A stretch of 61,828 nt of DNA, the filler included, from Chthonomonadaceae bacterium (GTDB taxonomy: Bacteria; Armatimonadota; Chthonomonadetes; Chthonomonadales; Chthonomonadaceae), in the NCBI GenBank assembly GCA_035650735.1. It is 4 parts of 4 records of this genome, joined end to end, with 100 filler letters (N's around TTAATTAATTAA, not from the genome) between each part and the next. Parts side by side here need not be neighbours in the genome. Positions count along the whole stretch, not along the records: positions 1 to 28,414 come from DASRGZ010000114.1; 3 more parts are not named here. One strand, 5' to 3'. The notes under the pieces were generated by a model that saw only the letters and a program-made list of their open reading frames with translations, did not search any database and was not told the DNA's origin. The position numbers and the translations under genes were made by a program. Positions within the stretch are counted from its first letter, which is position 1, and every line of letters begins with the position of its first letter. This document shows positions 10,279 through 20,361 of the stretch, one piece after another.

Positions 10279-11242
10279 CGTCGTCCTCCTCATCCTCGCC
10301 TTCGGAGGCCAATTCCCCGGCCCGCTCGCGTGCCACTTCGGCGGCGTGCCGACGCATCTCGTCATCCGGAAGAATGGCCTCTGCCGCATCGGCCTGTAAC
10401 TGACCGACGCTGCATCCCCGGCAATCGGAACATTTGCTGGTTTTTTCGATACGCAATTCACTGGCGGGAAATTCCAGTTCCGCCGTACTTTCCAGCAGTT
10501 GCACCAGCGCGGTCTCTTTGAGCAGGTTGAGATCAATGACCTTGCCCTGTCCCTTGGGCGACATTACGATTTCGCCGATCTGGGGCAGCCGCTTTTTGGC
10601 CTCCACGTAGGTTTCATGCTCGTAGCGCAGGCAGCACATCAGCTTGCCGCACACGCCCGAAAATTTGACCGGGTTGAGAAAGAGGCTCTGGTCCTTAGCC
10701 ATCTTCATCGAGATAGGCGCAAATTCGGTCAGAAAAGTGGAACAACACAGCGTCAGCCCACAGGGGCCAATGCCGCCGATCAGTTTGGACTGATCGCGCG
10801 CTCCGACCTGATGCAGTTGCACCTTGCAGCGCAGTTGCCCCGCCACATCGCGCACTAGCTCACGGAAATCCACGCGCGTTTCGGCGGCGAAATAGATAGT
10901 CACCTGGCTGCCGTCGAAGCTATATTCGGCCATCAGCAGCTTCATCGGCAGGCCGTGAAACCGAACCCGCTCCTGACAGATGGTCAGCGCCTGCCTGGCC
11001 TTCTCCCGGTTGCGCCGCTCTTGCAGCAGATCGGCCGCGCCGGCCCGCCGCAGCACGCGCTTCAGAGGCGACTGTATCTCCTCAGGAACGATCTGGCGTG
11101 GCCCGATCTTGACCGTGCCTAACTCCATTCCGCGCGTCGTCTCGACAACAACGCGATCCTCCTCTTGCAGCTCCAGGTCGCCGGGGTCGAACCAATACGA
11201 TTTGGCAACGCGCTTAAAAGCAACACCAACGCACAATGGCAT
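10265..11242 (-). CDS. ricT: PSP1-domain protein RicT/YaaT (stage 0 sporulation family)
   Basis: 'RVDFRELVRD', 'GGIGPCGLTLCC', 'SMKMAKDQSL', 'SGVCGKLMCCLRYE'. Confidence 0.92.
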   Translation of the reverse strand: MPLCVGVAFKRVAKSYWFDPGDLELQEEDRVVVETTRGMELGTVKIGPRQIVPEEIQSPLKRVLRRAGAADLLQERRNREKARQALTICQERVRFHGLPMKLLMAEYSFDGSQVTIYFAAETRVDFRELVRDVAGQLRCKVQLHQVGARDQSKLIGGIGPCGLTLCCSTFLTEFAPISMKMAKDQSLFLNPVKFSGVCGKLMCCLRYEHETYVEAKKRLPQIGEIVMSPKGQGKVIDLNLLKETALVQLLESTAELEFPASELRIEKTSKCSDCRGCSVGQLQADAAEAILPDDEMRRHAAEVARERAGELASEGEDEEDDDAHL

Positions 11243-11558
11243 GGCGAGAGTTCCTTGTTGAAGTCTTGCGAATAAATCAGGAACCCGCCTTTCACAACGG
11301 CGGTTCCTGTCTTTTTTTCGACCAACAGCAGCACGCGCACAATAAGTAGCCTGGGCCGTTGTCGGCGGCGATGACGCGCCTATTGTAACATAGAAGCCCG
11401 CCTCGAATCAAGCAGCGGGCATTTCCTGGCAGGGCGAGATTTTTGATCTCCCTATGGCAGGTGAACAACCACTTCAGGAGAGAAAAAGCCTCTCCTCCCT
11501 TTGCCCTGGAGTTTCCATCTTGACAAACTGCGTATAATAGAAGCAAGTAGGAAGGGAG

Positions 11559-13217
11559 TTGCAGGGAATGTTTTGGCTTCTCATGAAAATACGGCTGCTC
11601 AGCGCGCGCAACGTCGTGCGCGACTCGCTGCGCCGGCATCCGCTGCTGGTAACGGGGCTGAGCCTGCTGGGGATCGGCCTGTTTGTCCTGGCCTACCTGG
11701 TCGTGTTCTTCGTTTTCGCGTTCGCCCACGACCGCAACGTTCTGCCGGAGACCCTCTACCAGGTCTTCTATTTCCTCTTCCTGTTCCTGCTGGCCGGCGC
11801 GGTGCCCTTCGTCGCCTCCACGCTGCTGCACTCCACCGACTACACGCTGCTCTTCTCCGCGCCGCTGCCGCCGCGCGCCGTCATCGCCGCCAAGCTCCTG
11901 GACGCCACCGTCACCAATTCGCTACAGTTTACGGTCATCGGCCTGCCTGCCATTGTCGCCGGCGCCACCGTGCTGGGCCTGCCGCTGTTGGGCTGGCTGC
12001 TGCTGCCCCTGCTCATCGGGCTGTTCGTGTTGGTTCCCGCGCTGCTGACCGCGCTGGCGCTGCTTCTGGCCCTGGCCGTACTTGGCGTGCAGCGGCTCCG
12101 CTCCGCCATTACGGTCCTTAACGCGGTCATGGCGGCGGTTATCTGCATCACCATTGTGCTGGAAGCCGGACACCTCCCGTTGCGGCCCGGTATGCTGGAC
12201 GCCTCCCTGACCAGCCTGACGACCTCCTCGGCGACGGCCCATCATGCGCCGTCGAGCTGGTTTGCAACCGCATTGCTGGCGATGGCCCGCGCCGACCTGA
12301 CCGGCACGCTCCAGGCCGCCGGAGCGTTTCTGGGCAGCGGGCTTGTGGTCTTTGCGCTCTTTGTCGGGTGCCTGACGCTGGGCGAGCGCTTGCTGTCGGC
12401 GGCCAACGTCGCAGACGAGGATTCGGGTGGGCGCGCGCTTCCCGCTGAGGCCGTCCACGCCGAGCCGACGGGCTGGCACCGCCTGTTTTCCATGCCCGTC
12501 GCCGCCATTCTCCTCAAAGATTGCAAGTACCTGTGGCGCGACAGCATCCTGCTCTCGCAGCTGGCGATGCCGATGATCCTGTTCCTCGTGCCGTTCCTGC
12601 TGTTGATGCAGGATACCTCCTCGCCGCTCCGAGACGAGATGTTCGGCTTCGCGGCGGCCATGACCGGCGTGATCCTGTTCATGCAGACCAGCATCCTCTC
12701 GCTCTCGCTCATCGGCATGGAAAGCCGCAGCTTCTGGCTGATCTTGACCTCGCCGAACACCGGCTCCACGCCGATCTGGGCCAAGTTTATCCTGAGCTCG
12801 CTGGTCTCCTGCGGGATAGGCGTCACGCTGCTGCTGATCTCGGCGCTGATCTTCGGGGTTTCCGCCCAATCCCTGCTCTTCATCCTGGGGCTGGTCTTGC
12901 TCTGCTCGATGGCGCTTTGCGGGCTGGGCGTGGGAATTTCGGCGGCGCTGCCCCGCTTTATCTATGATAATCCGGCGCACCGCGTCAGCGCGTGGGCGCT
13001 CATCCTGGGATTTTTCGGCTCGGTGGGATATCTGACCGCGACCGCCATTCTCTTCCTGGGCGCGTGGCTGCTGGCGCTGCGCCTGGACGGGGGACAGCAT
13101 GCCCGCATGATCTACTCTCTGAGTATGACGATCTTCCTGGCGCTGACCGGGTTTGTGACGTTTGTGCCGATGGTTATCGGCGCGCGGCGGCTAGAGGTCT
13201 ATCAATGGGAGCATTAG
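11559..13217 (+). CDS. Putative ABC-2 type exporter permease
   Basis: About 12 TM segments; 'LLFSAPL....VIAAKL', 'KDCKYLWRD', 'GMESRSFWLILTSP'. Confidence 0.75.
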   Translation: MQGMFWLLMKIRLLSARNVVRDSLRRHPLLVTGLSLLGIGLFVLAYLVVFFVFAFAHDRNVLPETLYQVFYFLFLFLLAGAVPFVASTLLHSTDYTLLFSAPLPPRAVIAAKLLDATVTNSLQFTVIGLPAIVAGATVLGLPLLGWLLLPLLIGLFVLVPALLTALALLLALAVLGVQRLRSAITVLNAVMAAVICITIVLEAGHLPLRPGMLDASLTSLTTSSATAHHAPSSWFATALLAMARADLTGTLQAAGAFLGSGLVVFALFVGCLTLGERLLSAANVADEDSGGRALPAEAVHAEPTGWHRLFSMPVAAILLKDCKYLWRDSILLSQLAMPMILFLVPFLLLMQDTSSPLRDEMFGFAAAMTGVILFMQTSILSLSLIGMESRSFWLILTSPNTGSTPIWAKFILSSLVSCGIGVTLLLISALIFGVSAQSLLFILGLVLLCSMALCGLGVGISAALPRFIYDNPAHRVSAWALILGFFGSVGYLTATAILFLGAWLLALRLDGGQHARMIYSLSMTIFLALTGFVTFVPMVIGARRLEVYQWEH

Positions 13218-13990
13218 GACAGGAACCGCCTTCGGGGCCGCTCCCCGGCAGGTTTCCGCCGCGTCGGGATGCGCGCCGGCTGATTGTGGCCGCGCTTATC
13301 GTCCTTCTGCTCGGCGTCGGCCTGCCGCCGCTACTCTCCTGGCAGCGCAGCGAGGATCAGCGCGCCACCAGCCTTTCCAATCTGCGTCGCCTCGGCATGG
13401 GCTTCCTGCTCTACGCGCAAGATTACGATGGACGCGCGATGCCCCCGGTCCTCCGGCGACCGGACGGCTCCTGGCTTACCTGGGACATCTCCCTCCGTCC
13501 CTACGTCGGCCTGCCTGCCCTCTTCGATAACCCTTCCAATCCAGTCGGCCCACAAACGCACCATCCGACGGACGGCTATCGGGTCCATACCTCCTACGCG
13601 CTGAACCGGCGCCTGTGGGACACTTTCGCGCCCGGCCCCTTTCCGTTCGAGAATCTGGAGCTGCCGGAACAGACGGTCCTCTTCGTGGAGGCCGGGCCGA
13701 TGTGGCGCGATCCGCTCCATCCACCGCGCCCTGGAGAACGGTCGGCCCTCGCGCTCCTCGTCTACGGGGACACCACCGACCGCGTGAACGGCCTCTGCCC
13801 CTATCCCTCCTCGCATGACGGGCGCATGGCCCTCATCGCCGCCGACGGCCACACCACCACCGTCAAAGTGGAGCACTATGGCCCGCGCAGCGGCCCGCAC
13901 GATACGCTCTATGGACGCATTGGCGGCAATACCTACAACTGGAACGGCGGCCATCCCAACGGCGAGACCGACCGGCCTGCCCGCGAATAG
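13205..13990 (+). CDS. DUF1559 / H-X9-DG domain protein lacking a canonical prepilin motif
   Basis: 'SLSNLRRLGMGFLLYAQDYD' and 'HDGRMALIAADGH'; start overlaps the end of the permease. Confidence 0.75.
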   Translation: MGALGQEPPSGPLPGRFPPRRDARRLIVAALIVLLLGVGLPPLLSWQRSEDQRATSLSNLRRLGMGFLLYAQDYDGRAMPPVLRRPDGSWLTWDISLRPYVGLPALFDNPSNPVGPQTHHPTDGYRVHTSYALNRRLWDTFAPGPFPFENLELPEQTVLFVEAGPMWRDPLHPPRPGERSALALLVYGDTTDRVNGLCPYPSSHDGRMALIAADGHTTTVKVEHYGPRSGPHDTLYGRIGGNTYNWNGGHPNGETDRPARE

Positions 13991-14013
13991 TCTCTGCCTT
14001 ACCCCAACGGACT

Positions 14014-14754
14014 TCACCCTTCACAGAAACTCGGATCCGGTGTGCCTTTTCGACACCGTGCCGCCAGGACAGCAGGCACCTCTCCCCACACCGGCCTCGT
14101 TTCGGCGATGTTACCTAGAGCGCGCGGCTCGATCAGGCGTTCCAGCACAAGCCCGACGAGGGGCAGGGTGTTGACGTAGGTGCTCAGCGTGCGGTGATAG
14201 GCGCCTACCTTGCCAGGCGGCCCCGGTCTGGTGTTCGACCGCCAATGCCCCTCCGCGAAGTAGCTGGCGACGGTACGTACTGTTCCCTCCGGCAAGGCCA
14301 TCTCGCCCGAACGCGGCGTGTGGTAGCAGGGGTGGAGGATCGAAAAGACGAACCATCCGCCGGGCCGCAGAGTGCGCGCGACGCTGTGGAGGGTGGGGGA
14401 GAGTTCGGGGATGTCCATCAGCGCCATGTGGCAGACGACCCCATTGAAGGCGGCGTCTGCGATGCCGTTGAGGTTCTGAGCATCGGCCCGGAGGTAGGCG
14501 ATCCCACGCGGCTGAGCCTCCTCGTGGCGGCGGGCGATAGCGAGCAGTTTGAGGGAGAGGTCAATGCCGACTACGAAAGCGCCCTGATCGGCCAGATGCC
14601 GGGCCAGCCTGCCCTGACCGCAGGCGAGATCGCAGATACGCCGTCCGGCAACCTGGCCCATGAGCGCTTCAACCGCCGGAAAGTAGACGTCTTCGCGCAT
14701 TGACTGGGAGACCCAGCCATCGTACCACTCGGCAATCTCGTCATAAGTGCTCAT
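14014..14754 (-). CDS. Class I SAM-dependent methyltransferase
   Basis: 'YDEIAEWYD', 'DLACGQG', 'LRPGGWFVFSILHP'. Confidence 0.9.
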   Translation of the reverse strand: MSTYDEIAEWYDGWVSQSMREDVYFPAVEALMGQVAGRRICDLACGQGRLARHLADQGAFVVGIDLSLKLLAIARRHEEAQPRGIAYLRADAQNLNGIADAAFNGVVCHMALMDIPELSPTLHSVARTLRPGGWFVFSILHPCYHTPRSGEMALPEGTVRTVASYFAEGHWRSNTRPGPPGKVGAYHRTLSTYVNTLPLVGLVLERLIEPRALGNIAETRPVWGEVPAVLAARCRKGTPDPSFCEG

Positions 14755-14909
14755 GGTCTCTGACCGCTTCCTCGGTTCCGTTGCTCGGAAGGAAAGGTAA
14801 GCCTGGCTCTGTCGGCAATATGCCGTCACCAGCCAGGCTCAATACGTCCTTACGGTAACTTCGTAGTCTTCTAATCCCGGAGAGCGACGAAATTACTCTG
14901 CGTGGGTGT

Positions 14910-15719
14910 TCAGAAGAGGCGAATATCGGAGATGGTATGCGTAGCAACGAGATAGACATAGGCGTCGGTGAGACCGACGGAGCAGAGGCTCATCATCGCC
15001 CAGAGGCCGTGCCGCTCGTTGAGGAAGCTGACCTTGCGCCACAGACCATAGCGAGTGCGGTTGGCAAGGGAGCAGGAGTAGCAGTCCACGCCGCCGCCAA
15101 CCAGGTGCCGCCAGGAGTGGCAGGAGAAGGTGTACAGGGTCAGCAGAATAATGTTGGCCAGAAAGACCAGCGTGCCGAGGCCCATGCCGAACGCCACCCC
15201 GCCGTTGGCGGTGGGAAAGAAGAAGGCATCAATGGTGTCCTTCCAGAGAAAGACGATGAAGACGACGGCGGCGTAGAAGGCGTAGCGGTGGAAGTTTTGC
15301 AGGACGAAGGGAAAGGCGCGCTCGCCCAGGTAGCGCTTGAAGCGCGATTTCTCCAGCGGAGCGGGCTCGGTGACGGCGCAGGCGAGCGGATCGGCCAGGT
15401 ACGAGCGATAGATGGCCTTGCGGTAGTAGTAACAGCTCAGGCGGAAGCTCAACGGGAACGGCAGGATGAGCAGCGCGGGCGAGACAAACCATCCCCCGAT
15501 ACGCCAGTGCTCAGGAATGGTGGGCGAGTAAAACGGAGACAGATAGGGTTGAGTGTAATAGTAATTGCCCTGGAAGGCCCGAAACGTCGCCCAGACGGCG
15601 AACGCGCTGAAGACGATCAAGAAGATGAGCGGCGAAACCCACCACATATCTTTGCGTCCGATGCGCGGCAGGGGGCCAGCCTCGGTGACGACGGGACGCT
15701 GGGTTTGAGCAGTAGCCAT
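14910..15719 (-). CDS. Succinate dehydrogenase membrane anchor (Rv0249c-like)
   Basis: 'YLSPFYSP', 'FRLSCYYYRKAIYRS', 'QNFHRY', 'SCHSWRHLVGG'. Confidence 0.8.
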   Translation of the reverse strand: MATAQTQRPVVTEAGPLPRIGRKDMWWVSPLIFLIVFSAFAVWATFRAFQGNYYYTQPYLSPFYSPTIPEHWRIGGWFVSPALLILPFPLSFRLSCYYYRKAIYRSYLADPLACAVTEPAPLEKSRFKRYLGERAFPFVLQNFHRYAFYAAVVFIVFLWKDTIDAFFFPTANGGVAFGMGLGTLVFLANIILLTLYTFSCHSWRHLVGGGVDCYSCSLANRTRYGLWRKVSFLNERHGLWAMMSLCSVGLTDAYVYLVATHTISDIRLF

Positions 15720-15786
15720 GCTATAAATCTCCCTGGAGGTACTACCGACGAAGCGGGATGATACGGCGCGGGATACTCTCCCGCTC

Positions 15787-15795
15787 ATTATAGCA
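15787..15795 (-). promoter_or_regulatory. Extended -10 promoter (TGCTATAAT)
   Basis: TGnTATAAT about 68 nt upstream of the 15719 ATG. Confidence 0.6.
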
Positions 15796-15850
15796 TATTG
15801 GGGACAAATGACGGATCATCCCTCCGAGTCTAATTTATGGCAAGCCGACA

Positions 15851-16720
15851 TCATTCGTCCCAGAGGAGGTCGCGGGCCTCGAAGATCGGGCCGTCCCAGC
15901 AGGCGCGGGCGTAGACGAAGCCTGCCGGATCGGCAGGGTCGCGCACTTTAATGGCGCAGCCCTGGCAGATGCCGATGCCGCAGGGCATGGAGGTCTCCAC
16001 AGAGAGCTGACAGGGCAGGTTGCGGGCGATGGCGATGGCGGCTATGGCGCGCAGCATGGGGTTGGGGCCGCAGGCGCAGAGGTGTGTGGGGGCAGACGCC
16101 TCCGCGTCTAGCAGGGAGGTTAGTAATCCGGTGACCAGGCCGCGCTGGCCGTGCGTGCCGTCGTCGGTAGTGACGAACAGCTCGACTTCGAGACTGCCGA
16201 ACTCGACCATGCCGACCAGCAGATCGCGGGTGCGCGCGCCGTTAATGACGATGACGTTCTCGGTTGACTCGCCGCGTGCGATCAGATCGCGGCTGATCTC
16301 CTGCGCGAGAAAATAGATAGGCGGCGCACCGATGCCCCCGGCGATCAGGATATGGCGGACGCCCGGCTCCGATGGCCAGGTAAACGGCCTGCCGAGCGGC
16401 CCCAGCACGGAAACCGTTTCCCCCACACGCTTCTGCGCCAGCCCGGTCGTGAAGGAGCCGCGCGCCAGGTAGAGAACGCTGCACGTCCCCGCTTCCCGGT
16501 CCACGCGATAGAGGCTGAAGGGGCGGCGCACCAGAGGCGCGTAGTTGTCGCCGAAGAGCAGCTCCAGGAACTGGCCGGGACGCGCCGCCTGCGCTATCGC
16601 CGGGGCGTGGAAGGTGATCTCATATTCGTGTCCGATAATCTGTTCGTGCGCGACGACGGGCGCGTCCAGCTCAAAACGGGGCGGGCGCACGAAGGCGGGT
16701 AGCGAAAAGGTCATATTCAT
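15851..16720 (-). CDS. pyrK: Dihydroorotate dehydrogenase electron transfer subunit
   Basis: 'RRPFS', 'GPLG', 'AGGIG', 'CGP.PM' and the 2Fe-2S motif 'MPCGIGICQGC...C.DGPIF'. Confidence 0.9.
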   Translation of the reverse strand: MNMTFSLPAFVRPPRFELDAPVVAHEQIIGHEYEITFHAPAIAQAARPGQFLELLFGDNYAPLVRRPFSLYRVDREAGTCSVLYLARGSFTTGLAQKRVGETVSVLGPLGRPFTWPSEPGVRHILIAGGIGAPPIYFLAQEISRDLIARGESTENVIVINGARTRDLLVGMVEFGSLEVELFVTTDDGTHGQRGLVTGLLTSLLDAEASAPTHLCACGPNPMLRAIAAIAIARNLPCQLSVETSMPCGIGICQGCAIKVRDPADPAGFVYARACWDGPIFEARDLLWDE

Positions 16721-16749
16721 ACTATACCCGATGAGACCTAACCCTAGTT

Positions 16750-16943
16750 GACCTCACCCCCCCGGCCCCTCTCCTTCTCAAGGAGAGGGGAGAATGTCTT
16801 ACTCCCAGGATCTTTCCGTTCTGCTTTATCTCTCCTCATTCCCTTCCCTTCTCCCTGCAAGGGAGAAGGGGGAAGAGAAGCCGGGGAATCCCCTTCCCTG
16901 TGAGCGGAGCGAACATATCAGGGAAGGGGGCCGGGGGTTAGGT
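16750..16943. repeat. REP-like palindrome cluster (three hairpins)
   Basis: CCCCTCTCC/GGAGAGGGG and CCCTTCCC/GGGAAGGG stems with GGCCGGGGGTTAGG tails. Confidence 0.85.
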
Positions 16944-16944
16944 C

Positions 16945-18222
16945 TTACTGTACTTCCGCGCCGCGTTTGTGGAAGGTCAGGCGGATGGGGGCGTCGGTGG
17001 ATTGGGAGAGTACGACCGTCAGCTTGCGCCAGTCGGCATGGGTGGCGAGCACGCCGTTTTTGAGGGCAAGGAGACCTTTCTGCGTGTAATCAAACCGCCA
17101 GGCGCGCACCGGGCCTGCCGTCGTGACGGTATATTCCCCGCGCGGCAGGTAGATAAAGAGCGCGTCCGTGCGCTGGTCTTTGGTCCGCAGGGGCAGAGTC
17201 ACGGTGAACTCGGTGGCGTCCTGTAGGGACTGGCAGGCGCCGCGTAGGAAATCCGGGGCCTGCGTAAAGACGCCACCGTTGCTCGGCATCGTGTAGGCCA
17301 GCGCATCCAGCAGGGCCTTGCTGCTGTAGACAGAGTCGAGATAGAGCACGAAGCCGGTATAGTAGTCCATGCCGGCGGCATCGTGTCGGCCCATCTGGCG
17401 CGCGTCTACGCCGTCATGGGCGATGCGCCGGAGGGGGGGCGTCACCTGACGGGTGATGTATTCGTCCAGTTGATCCGGGGTGACGAAGGGCACGTCCTCC
17501 GGGCGCAGGCGCCCGGCGCGCAGGTCGTCTTGCAGCCACTTCAGAAACAGGCGCTCGCCCAGGACGCCGTTGGCCCACTCCTCCGGGGCCGTGTAGCCGG
17601 AGACGCCGGGCAGGGCGAAGTGACCGTACTCGTGCGCGACCTCGCGCGCCCACTCAATCGGCTTGCGCTCGGCATAGATGCTGTAGAGGTAGATGTCGCT
17701 TCGCGTCTGCTCGCCGCCTACGTCCGCCGCGCGTCCGGGGGCTACCTGGCGCGTCAGCCAGACGTTCACGGTCGCCGCGCTGAGCGGATGGTCAAAACGC
17801 AGCCGTTCCCGATTCTCGCCGAAGAGAAGGAGCAACAGGCGGCCGATGCGCTTAGCGAGCGGCAGCGCCTCCGCATCCGGCGCGTGCACGATGAACCGAC
17901 GCGCGTAGCCGGTAACGCTGCCGCTGCCCGTGACATGCTCGGCGATATAGACATAACAGGCGGCATGGAACGGCTGGCCCGTGTTTGTGTCGGTATCGGC
18001 CTGCTGGCCGTGCGGAACGATCAGCGCGCCGGGGAACGGCCCGCCGATCAGCTCTTTGTCGGCGTCCAGATGTTCCAGTTGGATGGGAACCAGTTGCGGC
18101 GGGAGGGTGGCAGCGCGGAGCGTTCCCGGCATCATCACGAGCGCGACAAAAAGACAAAGCAGCGCGGGTCTTCCCTTCACAGGCGCACTTCCCTTACTAT
18201 TCGAGGACGATTTTGCCGGCAA
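16945..18222 (-). CDS. Exported hypothetical protein with HExxH zinc-peptidase motif
   Basis: Signal-peptide-like N-terminus; 'AHEYGH...EEWANG'. Confidence 0.65.
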   Translation of the reverse strand: MPAKSSSNSKGSAPVKGRPALLCLFVALVMMPGTLRAATLPPQLVPIQLEHLDADKELIGGPFPGALIVPHGQQADTDTNTGQPFHAACYVYIAEHVTGSGSVTGYARRFIVHAPDAEALPLAKRIGRLLLLLFGENRERLRFDHPLSAATVNVWLTRQVAPGRAADVGGEQTRSDIYLYSIYAERKPIEWAREVAHEYGHFALPGVSGYTAPEEWANGVLGERLFLKWLQDDLRAGRLRPEDVPFVTPDQLDEYITRQVTPPLRRIAHDGVDARQMGRHDAAGMDYYTGFVLYLDSVYSSKALLDALAYTMPSNGGVFTQAPDFLRGACQSLQDATEFTVTLPLRTKDQRTDALFIYLPRGEYTVTTAGPVRAWRFDYTQKGLLALKNGVLATHADWRKLTVVLSQSTDAPIRLTFHKRGAEVQ

Positions 18223-18285
18223 TGCCGGCTCCGTCCCACGAAATATACAATACCCACGACGGATCCGGACCTATCAGCCGTGCGC

Positions 18286-18753
18286 TTAAGCGGTCGCGTC
18301 GGAGTCGAGCAGCAGCAGGATGTAGTTGATCTGGCCCAGATGGTAGGCGCTGTGGCGCACGATCTGCTGAGCGAACCACAGCACATCCAGCGGCCCCGAT
18401 ACCTCCACGCCAAGCGGCATCCACCCGTCGGCGCGCGGCAGGCACAAATCCTGCGCCGATAGCTGCTCGAACACGGTCTTTACCCGCTGCTCGGAGGTGT
18501 CCAGCAGTTCCAGCAGCCTCTCCCGGTTGGGCGCAGGCTCTCGGGGTCGGACCACATTACGATGGCCCTCCGCGATCATGCTGGAGTAGGCCAGGTTCCC
18601 GCTGACAATATGCCGGGTAATCCCGTCCACCGAGGTAGCTCCTGGGGTGGGCTGCCAATGCAGCCGGTCCTCCGGCACCTGCGCCAATGCTTGCCGGAGC
18701 GCATCGTAGGTCTCGGTGAACTGCTTCCATACAGGTTCCAACTCACTAATCAT
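18286..18753 (-). CDS. DinB family protein
   Basis: 'W.P...S...I.RHI' and 'HSAYHLGQI'. Confidence 0.85.
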   Translation of the reverse strand: MISELEPVWKQFTETYDALRQALAQVPEDRLHWQPTPGATSVDGITRHIVSGNLAYSSMIAEGHRNVVRPREPAPNRERLLELLDTSEQRVKTVFEQLSAQDLCLPRADGWMPLGVEVSGPLDVLWFAQQIVRHSAYHLGQINYILLLLDSDATA

Positions 18754-18772
18754 GCCTTCTCCTGAGGGATGG

Positions 18773-19837
18773 CTACGCACGCCCGAAATCAGGAACGGGC
18801 AGCGACTCGCCGCCCTTGAGCGCTGACTGATGGGCTACAATGCCGGGCGCGGTATAGGCGATGGCCTCGTAGATGTCAATGGCGGGGCGGCGCTCCTCCA
18901 GCAGCGCACAGATAAACTCGTGCGTCAGATGGGTATGCGAGCCGCCATGCCCGCTGCCGTGCCGCAGCGACCCCGGCAGGAGCTCGTAGAAGTCGGGCAC
19001 ATCCACGTTCTGGACGTGGACGCTCTGGCTGACGGCGTTGGGCTGGCCGGTCGGGGACGCCATGAAGAAGGAGAAATCGCTGCCGAACCAGGAGGCGCGC
19101 TCTATCTCCGGATGGCCCAGGTGCCAGCCGACGGCCATGCGGGTCGCGTAGCCCCGGTCGGTCTGGAAAAAGGCGACCTCGTTCCAGAAGGGGTTGTTAT
19201 AGACGTTGGTTTTCAAAATCTCATTGTCATCGCCCCAGCCGATACATTGCACGTGGATCAAGCGCTCGCCGGTGACGCCGATCAGAAAGGCGGTCGAGTG
19301 GGTCGGGTAGTGCATGGGCGGGTAGCCGTAGCGCCACGTCCGCTCGCCGTTATGGAACATCAGGGAATCCAGGGCCTCGTGCCAGTACTCGCCCTCGCAA
19401 TAGAACAACTCGCCGAAGCGTCCCTCCTGATACCACTTTCGCGCCTGGATGGTCTCCTTGCGGTAGTAGCTGGTCTCGGCCATCATGTAGGTCAGGCCAG
19501 TGGCGCGCACGGTATCCAACAGTTGCTGGCACTCCTCCAGCGTAAAGGCGGCGGGAACCGCGCTGAGGACGTGCTTGCCTGCCTTGAGCGCGGCGATGCT
19601 GTGCCGGGCGTGCAGGGGCGCGGGCGTGAAGAGGCCGACCGCCTCCATGTTGGGATCGCGCAGTAGCTCTTCTAGCGTGTGGTAGACGGTATCGCACCGA
19701 TAGTAGTTGCGCAGCGCCTCCCGCCGATCCGGGCGCAGGTCGGCTACCGCCACGACCTTGCAGCCAGGATGGACTCCGAATTGAAACGCGCACCCAAAGC
19801 CGCCGCCCACCAGGCCCATCTTCACCCTGCGTTCCAT
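18773..19837 (-). CDS. Gfo/Idh/MocA oxidoreductase
   Basis: 'GLVGGGFG', 'AGKHVLSAVP', 'YPTHS', 'GHGGSH'. Confidence 0.9.
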   Translation of the reverse strand: MERRVKMGLVGGGFGCAFQFGVHPGCKVVAVADLRPDRREALRNYYRCDTVYHTLEELLRDPNMEAVGLFTPAPLHARHSIAALKAGKHVLSAVPAAFTLEECQQLLDTVRATGLTYMMAETSYYRKETIQARKWYQEGRFGELFYCEGEYWHEALDSLMFHNGERTWRYGYPPMHYPTHSTAFLIGVTGERLIHVQCIGWGDDNEILKTNVYNNPFWNEVAFFQTDRGYATRMAVGWHLGHPEIERASWFGSDFSFFMASPTGQPNAVSQSVHVQNVDVPDFYELLPGSLRHGSGHGGSHTHLTHEFICALLEERRPAIDIYEAIAYTAPGIVAHQSALKGGESLPVPDFGRA

Positions 19838-19916
19838 ATGCTGCGCCTCCTCTATTGCCGGTGTGCTTTCGATTCACCGCCACGCCGCCCAACTCCTGCG
19901 CGCCCTCACCCCCTGT

Positions 19917-20009
19917 CCCCACTGCTAGGGTCGGGCCTGCAATGGACTGCAAGGGTCGGCCCTGCCATGGTTGGGGCCTCTGCCTTGCGACAGCCCTCCG
20001 CCTTGCGAT
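19917..20009 (-). repeat. Nested hairpin unit (two levels) inside a REP palindrome
   Basis: Minus strand: ATCGCAAGGCGGAG / TGTCGCAAGGCAGAG ... CCGACCCTTGCAGT / CCGACCCTAGCAGT. Confidence 0.8.
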
Positions 20010-20240
20010 CCCCAACAACAGGGGAGGGGAGACTCTCTCACTGCCAGGTTCTTCCGTACTCTCTTATCTCCCCTCCTCCCCGGCCCTTCTCCCTGCAAGG
20101 CAGAAGGGAGAGCAGAAGCCAGCATGACCTCTGCCCACGTAGGTGGGCAGCGGGCCATAGGCCCCACAGCGGCAGGGTTTAGCCTGCCGAGAGAACAGAA
20201 GCCGGGTCCCCCCTTCCCTAGCGAGGTACGAGCGGGCAGG

Positions 20241-20324
20241 ATCGCCAGGTGTCGCCAGGCAGAGCCGCGAACCGTTGAGCGGCGTCCCTGGCAGTCGAGC
20301 GTGCCCAGTCCCGACCCTAGCAGT
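20241..20324 (+). repeat. Nested hairpin unit (two levels) inside a REP palindrome
   Basis: ATCGCCAGG[TGTCGCCAGGCAGAG...GTCCCTGGCAGT]CGAGCG...CCGACCCTAGCAGT interrupts the REP right arm. Confidence 0.8.
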
Positions 20325-20361
20325 GGGGGCCGGGGGGTTAGGTCTATGGAGGGCCGCAGGA

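Noticed and set aside
11520..11538. TTGACA and TATAAT upstream of the permease
   Set aside because: Only 7 bp apart, so not a valid -35/-10 pair; the -10 alone may still be real
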